Shown piece after piece: positions 19,004-26,868 of a stretch of DNA of 38,217 bases. How positions within the stretch are numbered: position 1 is the first letter of the stretch; every line of letters starts with the position of its first letter. The position numbers and the translations under genes were made by a program. The notes under the pieces are model-generated. The model had not been told where the DNA came from. It saw only the letters and a program-made list of their open reading frames with translations, and did no database searches. The DNA is from Myxococcales bacterium (GTDB taxonomy: Bacteria > Myxococcota > Myxococcia > Myxococcales > 40CM-4-68-19): assembly GCA_035655715.1 (NCBI GenBank), contig DASRTX010000170.1, forward strand, positions 1-38,217, in the 5' to 3' direction.

Positions 19004-20008
19004 ATGGCCCGCGCGCTCCCCACCTTCAAGTCGCACGCCCAGCGCGACGACGCCTTCCTCGAGGGACACACGCTCTGCCCCGGCTGCACCGAGGCGGTGG
19101 CCTTCCACGAGATCGGCCGGGCCACCGACAACGGGCGCAAGACCCTGGTTGCCCTCGGCACCTTCTGCGGCGAAGTCTCCACCCTGCTGTACCCCAACGT
19201 GATCTCCTGGGGCCGCGGCAAGCGCGAGCCGGCCGAGGTGGAGAAGTCGGTCGGCATCATCCACAACGTCTTCGAGAGCGCGCCCACGGTGGCCGAGGCG
19301 ATGAGCGACACCGCCCGCGTGCTGGCCGACGTGGGAGCATGGAAGGGCCCGCAGCCCAACGTGATCTCGGTCTCCGGCGACGGCGGCGCGCTCAGCATCG
19401 GCCTGCGCTCGCTCCTGCACTCCATCCACCGGCGCGCGCGCGTCACCGTGGTGGTCTACATCAACGAGGTGTTCGCCAACACCGGCTTCCAGTACAGCCC
19501 CACTTCGCTGCCCTTCGCCGACAGCTCCACGCTGCCGCACGGCGGAGCGGCCGAGCCCATCGATCACATCGGGCTCGCCATCGTGGCCGGCGCCGGCTAC
19601 GTGGCGCAGGCCACCACCGGCTACGCGCCGTTCTTCGCCGAGTGCGTGGAGGAGGCGCTGGCAGCGGAGGGGACCTCGGTGATCTTCGTGCCTGCTCCCT
19701 GCATCACCGGCTGGAAGTTCGAGGAAGGGCTCACGGCCGAACTGGGGCGGTTGGGGTCGCAGACGGGACTCTTCCCCTGCTTCCGGAAGAAGCGCGGCGA
19801 GCCCGGGCAGATCAAGCACGTGCCGGAGAAGGCAAAGCGGCCGGGCGTGGAGCAGTTCCTGGTGGGCCAGCAGCGGTTCGAGCACGTGGTACGCGCGGTG
19901 GACGGAAAGCCGCAGATCGTGCCGGGCCGCGAGTCCGATGTCGCGGCGCTGCAGTCGTACGCGGACCGGAACGTGGAGCGGCTGGAGAAGCTGGCGTTGT
20001 TCCCCTGA
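19004..20008 (+). CDS. 2-oxoacid:ferredoxin oxidoreductase beta subunit (TPP and [4Fe-4S] binding)
   Basis: CPGCTEAVAF cluster motif and GDGGALSIGLRSL...NEVFANTG TPP-binding block. The start is 1 nt after the alpha stop. Confidence 0.88.
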   Translation: MARALPTFKSHAQRDDAFLEGHTLCPGCTEAVAFHEIGRATDNGRKTLVALGTFCGEVSTLLYPNVISWGRGKREPAEVEKSVGIIHNVFESAPTVAEAMSDTARVLADVGAWKGPQPNVISVSGDGGALSIGLRSLLHSIHRRARVTVVVYINEVFANTGFQYSPTSLPFADSSTLPHGGAAEPIDHIGLAIVAGAGYVAQATTGYAPFFAECVEEALAAEGTSVIFVPAPCITGWKFEEGLTAELGRLGSQTGLFPCFRKKRGEPGQIKHVPEKAKRPGVEQFLVGQQRFEHVVRAVDGKPQIVPGRESDVAALQSYADRNVERLEKLALFP

Positions 20009-20016
20009 GTGCCGGT

Positions 20017-20796
20017 CTATCCTCGCCGCTCCCTCGGTAGCCAGGCCAGCCCCGAGTCCGTCGCGCCGGCCGGCTTGTACTCGAGCCCCACCGCGCCCTG
20101 ATATCCGCCGGCATCCAGATCGTTCAGGAATTCCGCAATCGGCTGCGTCCCGCTGCCGGGCTCATGCCTTCCCGGCACGTCCGCGACCTGCACGTGCGCC
20201 ACCAGCGCGCGGTGCTTGCGCAGCGCCTCGCGCGGGTCCACGCCCATCATGCCGGCGTGGTACTGATCGAGCTGCAGCCGCACCGCCGCGGAGCCCGCCG
20301 CGCGCACCAGCGAGGCGGCGATGTCCGGGGTGGCGGCGTAGTAGCCCGGCATGTCCACCGTGTTGATCGCCTCCACCAGCAGCTGCATGCCGGCCCGCTC
20401 GATCAGCGGCGCCGCCGCGCGCAGGTTCGCAATCGCCGTCTTCTCCGCCTGCGCGGGCGATGTTCCCTTGGGAATGCCGGCCAGCGCATTGAGCTTTCGC
20501 GTCCCGAAGCGCTGCGCGAGAGCGATGGCCTCGCGCACACTGTCCAGGAACTCGTCCTCCCGACCGGGCAGCGAGAGCAAACCGCGCTCGCCGCCTCCCC
20601 AGTTCCCCGGCCGCGGATCGAAGAGCACCAGCTCGAGCTTCAGGTCGCGCAGCGTCTTCTCCAGCAGCGCCGGATCGAGCTCGTGCGCGAAGAGGATCTC
20701 CACGCGCGTGAAACCCGCCTCGGCCGCGGCGCGGAACCGATCCAGCTGCGGCAGGTCGGGCCAGAGCAGCGTCATGTTGGCGGCGAAGCGCGGCAT
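20017..20796 (-). CDS. hyi: Hydroxypyruvate isomerase (TIM-barrel, xylose-isomerase-like)
   Basis: MPRFAANMTLLW... is the characteristic Hyi N-terminus, together with VEAIN and LEYKP. The ATG overlaps the upstream stop (ATGA). The 560-aa six-frame ORF is this gene plus an out-of-frame run through the next gene. Confidence 0.85.
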   Translation of the reverse strand: MPRFAANMTLLWPDLPQLDRFRAAAEAGFTRVEILFAHELDPALLEKTLRDLKLELVLFDPRPGNWGGGERGLLSLPGREDEFLDSVREAIALAQRFGTRKLNALAGIPKGTSPAQAEKTAIANLRAAAPLIERAGMQLLVEAINTVDMPGYYAATPDIAASLVRAAGSAAVRLQLDQYHAGMMGVDPREALRKHRALVAHVQVADVPGRHEPGSGTQPIAEFLNDLDAGGYQGAVGLEYKPAGATDSGLAWLPRERRG

Positions 20797-21671
20797 CAGG
20801 CCACCTCGGTTCCGGCGGCCTCTTCCCAGAGCCGCACCAGCGCCGCCATGTCCTGGTCGCCCAGCCCGCGCGACTTCGCCTCCAGGAAGCGCTGCTCGGC
20901 CAGGGCCCCGAGCAAGAGCGGCACCCCGGCGCCCTTGGCCTGGTCGTGGATCAACCCCAGGTCCTTGAGGATCAGGGTCATCGGCGTGGCGGGCGAGAAG
21001 TCGCGCGAGATGAACCGCGGCATGTGGCGGGTCATCATCGTCGAGCCGCCGTAGGAGGTGCCGATCACTTCCAGCACCGTCTTCGCGTCCGCGCCGAGCT
21101 TGGCGCCGAACACCGCCGCCTCGGCGATGGCCGCGGTGTGCACTCCCACCAACAGCTGGTTGACGAGCTTCACCACCTGGCCCGCGCCCGGTCCTCCGCA
21201 CAGCCGGATGTTCTTGCCGAAGGCCTGGAAGATCGGCAGCGCGCGGTCGAAGGCGGCCTGATCGCCTCCCACCATCACGGTCAGCGTTCCCGACTGGGCG
21301 CCCATCGGGCCGCCCGAGACCGGCGCGTCGAGGAAGGCGGCGCCGCGCCCCGCCAACAGCTCGCGCGTGCCGCGGCTCTGCTCCACGCTGACGGTGGAGT
21401 GGTCGGCGAAGAGCGATCCCTTGCGAGCGGCGGCCGCCAGCTCCCGATAGACCTCGTCGACCGAGGCGGGCGTGGGCAGCGCGGTCAGCACCACGTCGGC
21501 GCGCTGGGCCACCTCGCCCGCCGACCCGGCGCGCTTCGCTCCCCGGGACACGAGCGCGTCCACGGCCGCCGGAGACCGGTTGTGCACGTGCACGGTGAAC
21601 CCCGCCGCAAGCAGCCGCTCCACCATGGGCCGACCCATCTTGCCGAGCCCGACGAACCCGATCTGCTCCAT
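20796..21671 (-). CDS. NAD(P)-dependent beta-hydroxyacid dehydrogenase (2-hydroxy-3-oxopropionate / 3-hydroxyisobutyrate reductase family)
   Basis: GFVGLGKMGRPM Rossmann motif and DAPVSGG. Coupling to hyi suggests tartronate-semialdehyde reductase. Confidence 0.85.
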   Translation of the reverse strand: MEQIGFVGLGKMGRPMVERLLAAGFTVHVHNRSPAAVDALVSRGAKRAGSAGEVAQRADVVLTALPTPASVDEVYRELAAAARKGSLFADHSTVSVEQSRGTRELLAGRGAAFLDAPVSGGPMGAQSGTLTVMVGGDQAAFDRALPIFQAFGKNIRLCGGPGAGQVVKLVNQLLVGVHTAAIAEAAVFGAKLGADAKTVLEVIGTSYGGSTMMTRHMPRFISRDFSPATPMTLILKDLGLIHDQAKGAGVPLLLGALAEQRFLEAKSRGLGDQDMAALVRLWEEAAGTEVA

Positions 21672-21718
21672 GCCGCCTCCTCGCGGACGGGGATATCACG
21701 GCGGCAGGCGGCCGCGCC

Positions 21719-22066
21719 TCACGCCGCCAAATCTGCCGTCGAGTCGGATGCTCGCAGACCGATGCTGGCGCAGATCTCCTCGAACTCGATGCGGAAGCCG
21801 TCGGCGTTTCGGTGCGCCGCGCCGCCCAGCTCGACCGCCTCGACCGTCACGCGGGCCCAGACGCGCTTGTGCGAGGTGGAGAAGGCGATGACACACCCCG
21901 CGAAGAGGAAGAAGCAGGGATACTTCACCTGCCAGTAGATCCGGGGCAGGCGCTCGATCGAGCAGGCGATCAGGTTCAACGCCAGCGAAAGCAACAGCCG
22001 CCATGGCGAGGAAGAGCACGAGCAGGTTGGTCAGCGTCAGCTTCAGCGGAAGATCCGGTCGACCAT
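21719..22066 (-). pseudogene. ResB/CcsB-like remnant downstream of ccsA (frame-disrupted); includes the 91-codon high-GC3 ORF 21719..21994
   Basis: ATG at 22066 overlaps the ccsA TGA. After 7 codons (MVDRIFR) there are three in-frame TGAs. The neighbouring frame reads LKLTLTNLLVLFLAMA. The original frame then resumes with SPWRLLLSLALNLIACSIERLPRIYW, which resembles ResB/Ccs1 signature segments. Confidence 0.4.
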
Positions 22067-23502
22067 CACCCCGCTCCGTAGCTGTGCAGGCCGTCGCCGG
22101 TGAGGCCCAGGTTCACCCCCATGAAGGTGAAGATCACCACCGCGAAGGCGGCCACGGCGATGGCGGCGGTGCGCTTGCCCGTCCACCCCAGCGTGATGCG
22201 CGTGTGCAGGTAGCCGGCGTAGACGATCCAGGTGATCAGCGCCCAGGTCTCCTTGGGATCCCAGCCCCAGAAGCGGCCCCACGCCTCGTTGGCCCACACG
22301 CCGCCCATCACGATGCCGACGCCGAGCAGCGGCCAGGCGGCGATCACCGTCTTGTAGGTCACGTCCTCCAGGCGGCGTGCGTCGGGCAAGAGCGCCTCGA
22401 TGCGCGGGCGCCACTGCGCGGTGATGAGGAAGCCCAGGGTGGTGCCCCAGAGCAGTGCGACCAGCCCCAGAGCGTAGTTGGAGGCGATGCCGAAGAAGTA
22501 GGGCCCAGGCTCCATCGGCTGGACGCCGGCTGGGAGCTCCACGCCGGTGGAGGAGGCGATCTGTGCCAGCAGCACGCCGATGCCAGCGGTGAGCGCGAAG
22601 AAGGCGGCCAACGTCACGCGGAAGCCGGTCTTCTCGCGGCCCTTGAGCGAGTACACCGCTGCCGCCGCGGCGAAGAGCACCAACGCAGCGAGCAGGAAGG
22701 GGCCCACGCCCGGCACCGGCAGGAGGAGCTTGAACTGCTTTCCGGTGCCGGGGTCGAGCTGGTGCACCGCGGAGACCACGTCGAGGAACTTCCCGGGCCG
22801 CAGCTGCGAGGGAACTTGATGGAGGAACGAGGGCGCCATCTCGAAGCGCCCGCCGAAGAGCAGGGAGGAGCCGCCCACCATGGCGAGCAGCACCGCCACC
22901 ACCGCGGCCTGCGCGCGGCCCAGCACGGCGTTCGCGGTTCCCGAGCGCACCAGGAAGAGCAGCGCCGCCGCCGCGCCCAGCGTGAAGAGGGCGTAGGAGA
23001 CGAAGAGCATGGCCACGTGGATGAGGATCCAGTAGCTCTGCAGCGCCGGCACCAGCGGCTCGATGCCCTGGTCGCTGACCAGCATGGACTCGCCCATGGC
23101 CACCAGCGCCACCGCCGCCGCCAGCGCGCCCAGCACCTGGAGAGCGAACTTCCGCTGGATCACCAGCCAGCAGATCATCATCGCCCAGGCGGTGAAGTTG
23201 AGCGCGTCGAAGAGGTTGGTGAATGGCGGGTGGGAGATCATGTACCAGGCGCGGTCCATCGCCGTCAGCACGTCGCCCGTCCGCTCGCGGGCGATGATCT
23301 CCACCTGGCCCGCGGCGATCCAACGCGATGCCAGGTAGGCGGTGTGGGCCGCCACCCCCAGGAGGGCCAGGGTGCTCGCGGCCTTCTTCAGCAGGCGGCG
23401 ATCGACGGCCAGCGACGACGCGTATCCGGCGAATGCGCCCGCGTACGCAAAGGCCGCGGCGACGCGGAGCCCGACACCAAGCTGCAGCAGATCCTCGAAC
23501 AC
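22066..23502 (-). CDS. ccsA: Cytochrome c biogenesis heme lyase CcsA/ResC (system II)
   Basis: WWD motif WGRFWGWDPKETWALITW plus a conserved downstream His (YLH). Polytopic. GTG start at 23502 with GGAGG 7 nt upstream. Confidence 0.85.
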   Translation of the reverse strand: MFEDLLQLGVGLRVAAAFAYAGAFAGYASSLAVDRRLLKKAASTLALLGVAAHTAYLASRWIAAGQVEIIARERTGDVLTAMDRAWYMISHPPFTNLFDALNFTAWAMMICWLVIQRKFALQVLGALAAAVALVAMGESMLVSDQGIEPLVPALQSYWILIHVAMLFVSYALFTLGAAAALLFLVRSGTANAVLGRAQAAVVAVLLAMVGGSSLLFGGRFEMAPSFLHQVPSQLRPGKFLDVVSAVHQLDPGTGKQFKLLLPVPGVGPFLLAALVLFAAAAAVYSLKGREKTGFRVTLAAFFALTAGIGVLLAQIASSTGVELPAGVQPMEPGPYFFGIASNYALGLVALLWGTTLGFLITAQWRPRIEALLPDARRLEDVTYKTVIAAWPLLGVGIVMGGVWANEAWGRFWGWDPKETWALITWIVYAGYLHTRITLGWTGKRTAAIAVAAFAVVIFTFMGVNLGLTGDGLHSYGAG

Positions 23503-23607
23503 GGTGGACCTCCGGGAGTTGCCGTCCCTGCAGAGCAAGGCCGGGGCCAGCGCGAAAACCCTGCGTACTCCGCCTTGGCGCGCAAACGGCGGAGGCGGCT
23601 CTGTCCT

Positions 23608-23623
23608 TGGTGCCGAACCTGCA
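23608..23623 (+). promoter_or_regulatory. Candidate sigma-54 promoter for EBP2 (ntrC-like copy 2)
   Basis: TGGTGC-CGAAC-CTGCA. It lies about 137 nt upstream of the ATG at 23760. Confidence 0.45.
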
Positions 23624-23700
23624 ATGAAGGAGTGCCAGGGGCGAAAGCGCTGCTGGAAGTGCGCAGCGCGTGCGTCGGGCGGGCAAGCGGCGCGAGGCCT

Positions 23701-23715
23701 GCGCAAGGATTGCGC
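23701..23715. promoter_or_regulatory. Palindromic motif copy GCGCAAGGATTGCGC (6-3-6 perfect arms)
   Basis: In the divergent ccsA/EBP2 intergenic region. With flanks it reads TGCGCAAGGATTGCGCGG. Confidence 0.6.
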
Positions 23716-23759
23716 GGGGGGTGCCGGCGGACGGCACGGATGTGACGGAGGTTCACCAT

Positions 23760-25163
23760 ATGGGTACGAAGCAGCGGATCCTGATCGTCGACGACGAGCA
23801 GAACGCGCGGACGGCGCTCCGGACCCTTCTGGGCGAAGAAGGGTACGAGATCGCCGAGGCGGCAGACGGCGAGGAGGCGCTCTCGAAGATCGCGGAGCTG
23901 GATCCCGAGGTGGTCCTCACCGACATGCGGATGCCGAAGATGGACGGCATCACGCTGATCAAGAAGGCGCGCGAGTCGGGCAGCGAAGCGGCCTTCGTGA
24001 TGATGACCGCCTACGCCTCGGTCGAGGCCGCGGTGGACGCGATGAAGGCGGGCGCCGAGAACTACCTGATCAAGCCGCTGAACCTCCAGGCGGTGCTGGT
24101 CTTCCTGGAAAAAGCGCTGGAGAAGCGGAGCCTGCAACGCGAGACCGTGTCCCTGCGCGACCGCGTCCGCGAGCAGTACCGCCTGGAGGGCCTGGTGGGC
24201 GACGCGCCCGAGCTGCGGGCGGTCTACGAGGTGGTGCGGCAGGCAGCCTCCACCAAGGCCACCGTGCTGGTGCTTGGCGAGTCGGGCACCGGCAAGGAGA
24301 TCATCGCCCACGCGCTGCACGAGGAGAGCCCGCGACGCGACCAGCCCTTCGTCAAGGTGTCCTGCGCGGCGCTGTCGGAGACACTGCTCGAGTCCGAGCT
24401 GTTCGGCCATGAGCGCGGGTCGTTCACCGGCGCCCTCGGCCGCAAGGAGGGCCGCTTCGAGCTGGGCGACGGCGGCACCCTCTTCCTCGACGAGATCGGC
24501 GAGATCTCGCCGGCGACGCAGGTCAAGCTGCTGCGCGTGCTGCAGACCCGCGAGTTCGAGCGGGTGGGCGGCACGCAGACCCTCAAGGTGGACGTGCGGC
24601 TGGTGGCGGCGACCAACCGCGACCTCGTCGCCGAGGTGAAGGCGGGGAGGTTCCGCGAGGATCTCTACTACCGCCTCAACGTGGTGGCGGTCACGCTGCC
24701 GCCGCTGCGCCGCCGCAAGGGCGACCTGCCGGCGCTGTCCTGGCACTTCATCGAGAAGTACGCGCGCCTCTACGGCAAGGACGTGCACAGGCTGGGCGAG
24801 GGCACGCTCAACGCGCTCTTGGCGCACGACTGGCCCGGCAACGTGCGAGAGCTGGAGAACGCCATCGAGTGCGCGGTGGTGCTGGCCCAGACCCAGGAGA
24901 TCACCCCCGAGGACCTGCCCTGTTGGCTGCGCGGCTCGCGTCCGAACCGGGGCGAGGCCGGATCGCTCATCCCGGGCGGCACGCTCTACGAGATCGAGCG
25001 CGAGGCCATCCTGCGCACGCTCGAGTTGGTGGGCGGCTCCACCTCCCGCGCGGCAGATCTGTTGAAGATCTCGGCGCGGAAGATCCAGTATCGGCTGAAG
25101 GAGTACGCGCAGACGGAGCAGCAGGGGCTGCGGCCGCAAGAGGCCGCGCCGGCAGCGAACTGA
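23760..25163 (+). CDS. Sigma-54-dependent response regulator (NtrC family), copy 2, paralog of 14637..16028
   Basis: Same architecture and motifs as copy 1 (TDMRMP, GESGTGKE, GSFTGA, WPGNVRELEN, HTH). GGAGG precedes the ATG at 23760. Confidence 0.92.
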   Translation: MGTKQRILIVDDEQNARTALRTLLGEEGYEIAEAADGEEALSKIAELDPEVVLTDMRMPKMDGITLIKKARESGSEAAFVMMTAYASVEAAVDAMKAGAENYLIKPLNLQAVLVFLEKALEKRSLQRETVSLRDRVREQYRLEGLVGDAPELRAVYEVVRQAASTKATVLVLGESGTGKEIIAHALHEESPRRDQPFVKVSCAALSETLLESELFGHERGSFTGALGRKEGRFELGDGGTLFLDEIGEISPATQVKLLRVLQTREFERVGGTQTLKVDVRLVAATNRDLVAEVKAGRFREDLYYRLNVVAVTLPPLRRRKGDLPALSWHFIEKYARLYGKDVHRLGEGTLNALLAHDWPGNVRELENAIECAVVLAQTQEITPEDLPCWLRGSRPNRGEAGSLIPGGTLYEIEREAILRTLELVGGSTSRAADLLKISARKIQYRLKEYAQTEQQGLRPQEAAPAAN

Positions 25164-25174
25164 GAGGCACCGCA

Positions 25175-25417
25175 CTAGCCGTCGATCGGCAGGGACCTCA
25201 CCAAGCTGACGCGACGCTCCTCGGGCTCGACCACGTACCAGAACCGCCAGCCAGCCAGGTCCAGGTGCAGCTTGAGCCCCCGCACCGAGTTCCAGAACAT
25301 GCTTCCCAGGGGCATGGTCGCGACGGCGGCCGCGATTTCCTGGAGAGAGGCCGAAAGGCTGCTCCTCGTGTCCTCGGGGACCCCCTCGGCCGCGGTCCCC
25401 ACCACCACGGTGAACAT
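25175..25417 (-). CDS. Small hypothetical protein (80 aa) with a weak RelE/ParE-like C-terminal pattern
   Basis: High GC3 throughout. The C-terminal GWRFWYVVEPEERRVSLVRSL resembles the (G)yRiiYrv...v.vl.v strand pair of RelE/ParE toxins. No SD and no partner gene. Confidence 0.4.
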   Translation of the reverse strand: MFTVVVGTAAEGVPEDTRSSLSASLQEIAAAVATMPLGSMFWNSVRGLKLHLDLAGWRFWYVVEPEERRVSLVRSLPIDG

Positions 25418-25425
25418 GGGAGCCC

Positions 25426-25453
25426 AGCATATAGGACTTTAGTTGATGGTCAA
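25426..25453 (-). promoter_or_regulatory. Sigma-70-like promoter (TTGACC, 16 nt spacer, TATGCT) 8 nt upstream of the small-ORF ATG
   Basis: The minus strand of an AT-rich 67-bp gap reads TTGACCatcaactaaagtcctaTATGCTgggctcccATG. This would give a leaderless or near-leaderless transcript. Confidence 0.35.
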
Positions 25454-25484
25454 ATCATTTCAGGGGGTCCCGCCGCCGGCTCCC

Positions 25485-26837
25485 TCAGACGGCCCTCGAG
25501 AAGCTCCGCGCCCCGTGCTCGAGGTACGCGTCGAAGACGCAGGCCACATTGCGGACGAAGATGCGGCCCAGCGGCGTCAGCTCGATCTCGCTGCCGCGGA
25601 CGGCCACCAGCCCTTCCGCTTCCAGTGCGCGCAGCCGCAGCAACTCGCGCTCCCAGCCCTGGGTCGTGCCCAGATCCACCCAGGAATTGCACATGATGGA
25701 GTTGATGACGGCACGGCGGCGCCGGTCGTCGTCGTTACAACGGAAGCCGCGCTCGGTGGCGAGCTTTCCCTCGGCGACGGCCGCGTGGTACCGGGGCAGG
25801 CCGCGCGCATTCTGGGCATAGATGCCGCTCACGTCGCTGATGGCGGAGGCGCCTACCGCGATCACGTCGCCCGCCGCCTTGACGGTATAGCCCTGGAAGT
25901 TGCGGGTCAGGGTTCGCTTCGCCTGCGCTTTGCCCAGGTCGTCCTCGGGCAGCGCGAAGTGGTCCATGCCGATGGGCCGGTAGCCCGCCGCCGTGAACGC
26001 CTCCCAGGCGGTGCGGAACAGGTCCAGCTTCTGCGCTCCGCGCGGGATGCCCGCCACCGGCAGCCGCTTCTGGTTGGTGCGCTGATCGGGAACGTAGGCG
26101 AACCCGTAGACCGCGGCGCGATCGGGCCGCATGGCGACCACCTGCGCCAGCGTCCGCTTCCAGCTCTCCTGCGTCTGGCAGGGAAGCCCATAGATGAGGT
26201 CGACGTTGATCCCGGCGAACCCGAGCGAGCGCGCGTACTCCAGCACGCCGCGCGTCTCCTCCTCGGTCTGGATGCGGTCGATGGCCTTCTGCACCGTCGG
26301 ATCCAGGTCCTGCACACCGAGCGAGATGCGGTTGAACCCGAACGAGCGCAACAGCGCCAGCTGTCCGCGGGTGGTGACCACGGGATCCACCTCGACGGCT
26401 ACCTCCGCGTCGGGCAGCACGTGGAAGCGGCGGGTGATGGCCGACCAGAGCGTGGTCAGCTGCGCCTCGTCGAGGAAGGTGGGCGTGCCGCCGCCGAAGT
26501 GGACCTGCGAGAGGAAGCGCCGCTCTCCGAGCAGCTGGGAGACCTGGTCCATCTCGCGCGCCAGCATCGCCAGGTACCTGTCGGCGGTGTTCTGGCTGCG
26601 CGCGATCACCACGTTGCACCCACAAAAAGTACACCGCTCCTTGCAGAAAGGGATGTGCACGTAGAGCGAGAGCGGAGCCGCCGGCCCCTTGGCGCCTGCG
26701 GCCTGGAGCGCCGCGGCATGGTCGGCCGGGCCGATGCTCTCGGTCCATTCCGGCGCGGTGGGGTAGCTCGTGTAGCGCGGCGCCGGGACGTCGTAGCGCC
26801 GGACCAGGTCCTCGGTCACGGGCGGAAAGGCGGACAT
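25485..26837 (-). CDS. hemN: Oxygen-independent coproporphyrinogen III oxidase (radical SAM, HemN)
   Basis: 450 aa starting from the ATG at 26837. YVHIPFCKERCTFCGC is a CxxxCxxC radical-SAM motif. The N-terminus RYDVPAPRYTSYPTA is typical of HemN. Confidence 0.92.
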   Translation of the reverse strand: MSAFPPVTEDLVRRYDVPAPRYTSYPTAPEWTESIGPADHAAALQAAGAKGPAAPLSLYVHIPFCKERCTFCGCNVVIARSQNTADRYLAMLAREMDQVSQLLGERRFLSQVHFGGGTPTFLDEAQLTTLWSAITRRFHVLPDAEVAVEVDPVVTTRGQLALLRSFGFNRISLGVQDLDPTVQKAIDRIQTEEETRGVLEYARSLGFAGINVDLIYGLPCQTQESWKRTLAQVVAMRPDRAAVYGFAYVPDQRTNQKRLPVAGIPRGAQKLDLFRTAWEAFTAAGYRPIGMDHFALPEDDLGKAQAKRTLTRNFQGYTVKAAGDVIAVGASAISDVSGIYAQNARGLPRYHAAVAEGKLATERGFRCNDDDRRRRAVINSIMCNSWVDLGTTQGWERELLRLRALEAEGLVAVRGSEIELTPLGRIFVRNVACVFDAYLEHGARSFSRAV

Positions 26838-26868
26838 GCGCGAAGCTCGCTTCACGAAGCGTGCCGGG

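Noticed and set aside
23624-23759. A Cys-rich upstream ORF (MKECQGRKRCWKC...) in the EBP2 leader.
   Set aside because: It has no SD. Codon bias decays after about 12 codons. The frame runs out of phase into the EBP2 gene, and the ATG directly abuts the proposed -12 element, so it would not be on that transcript.
25443-25457. An FNR/CRP-type box near hemN (TTGATGGTCAAATCA).
   Set aside because: The half-sites are TGAT-N6-ATCA, not TTGAT-N4-ATCAA. The site is also downstream of hemN rather than in its promoter.
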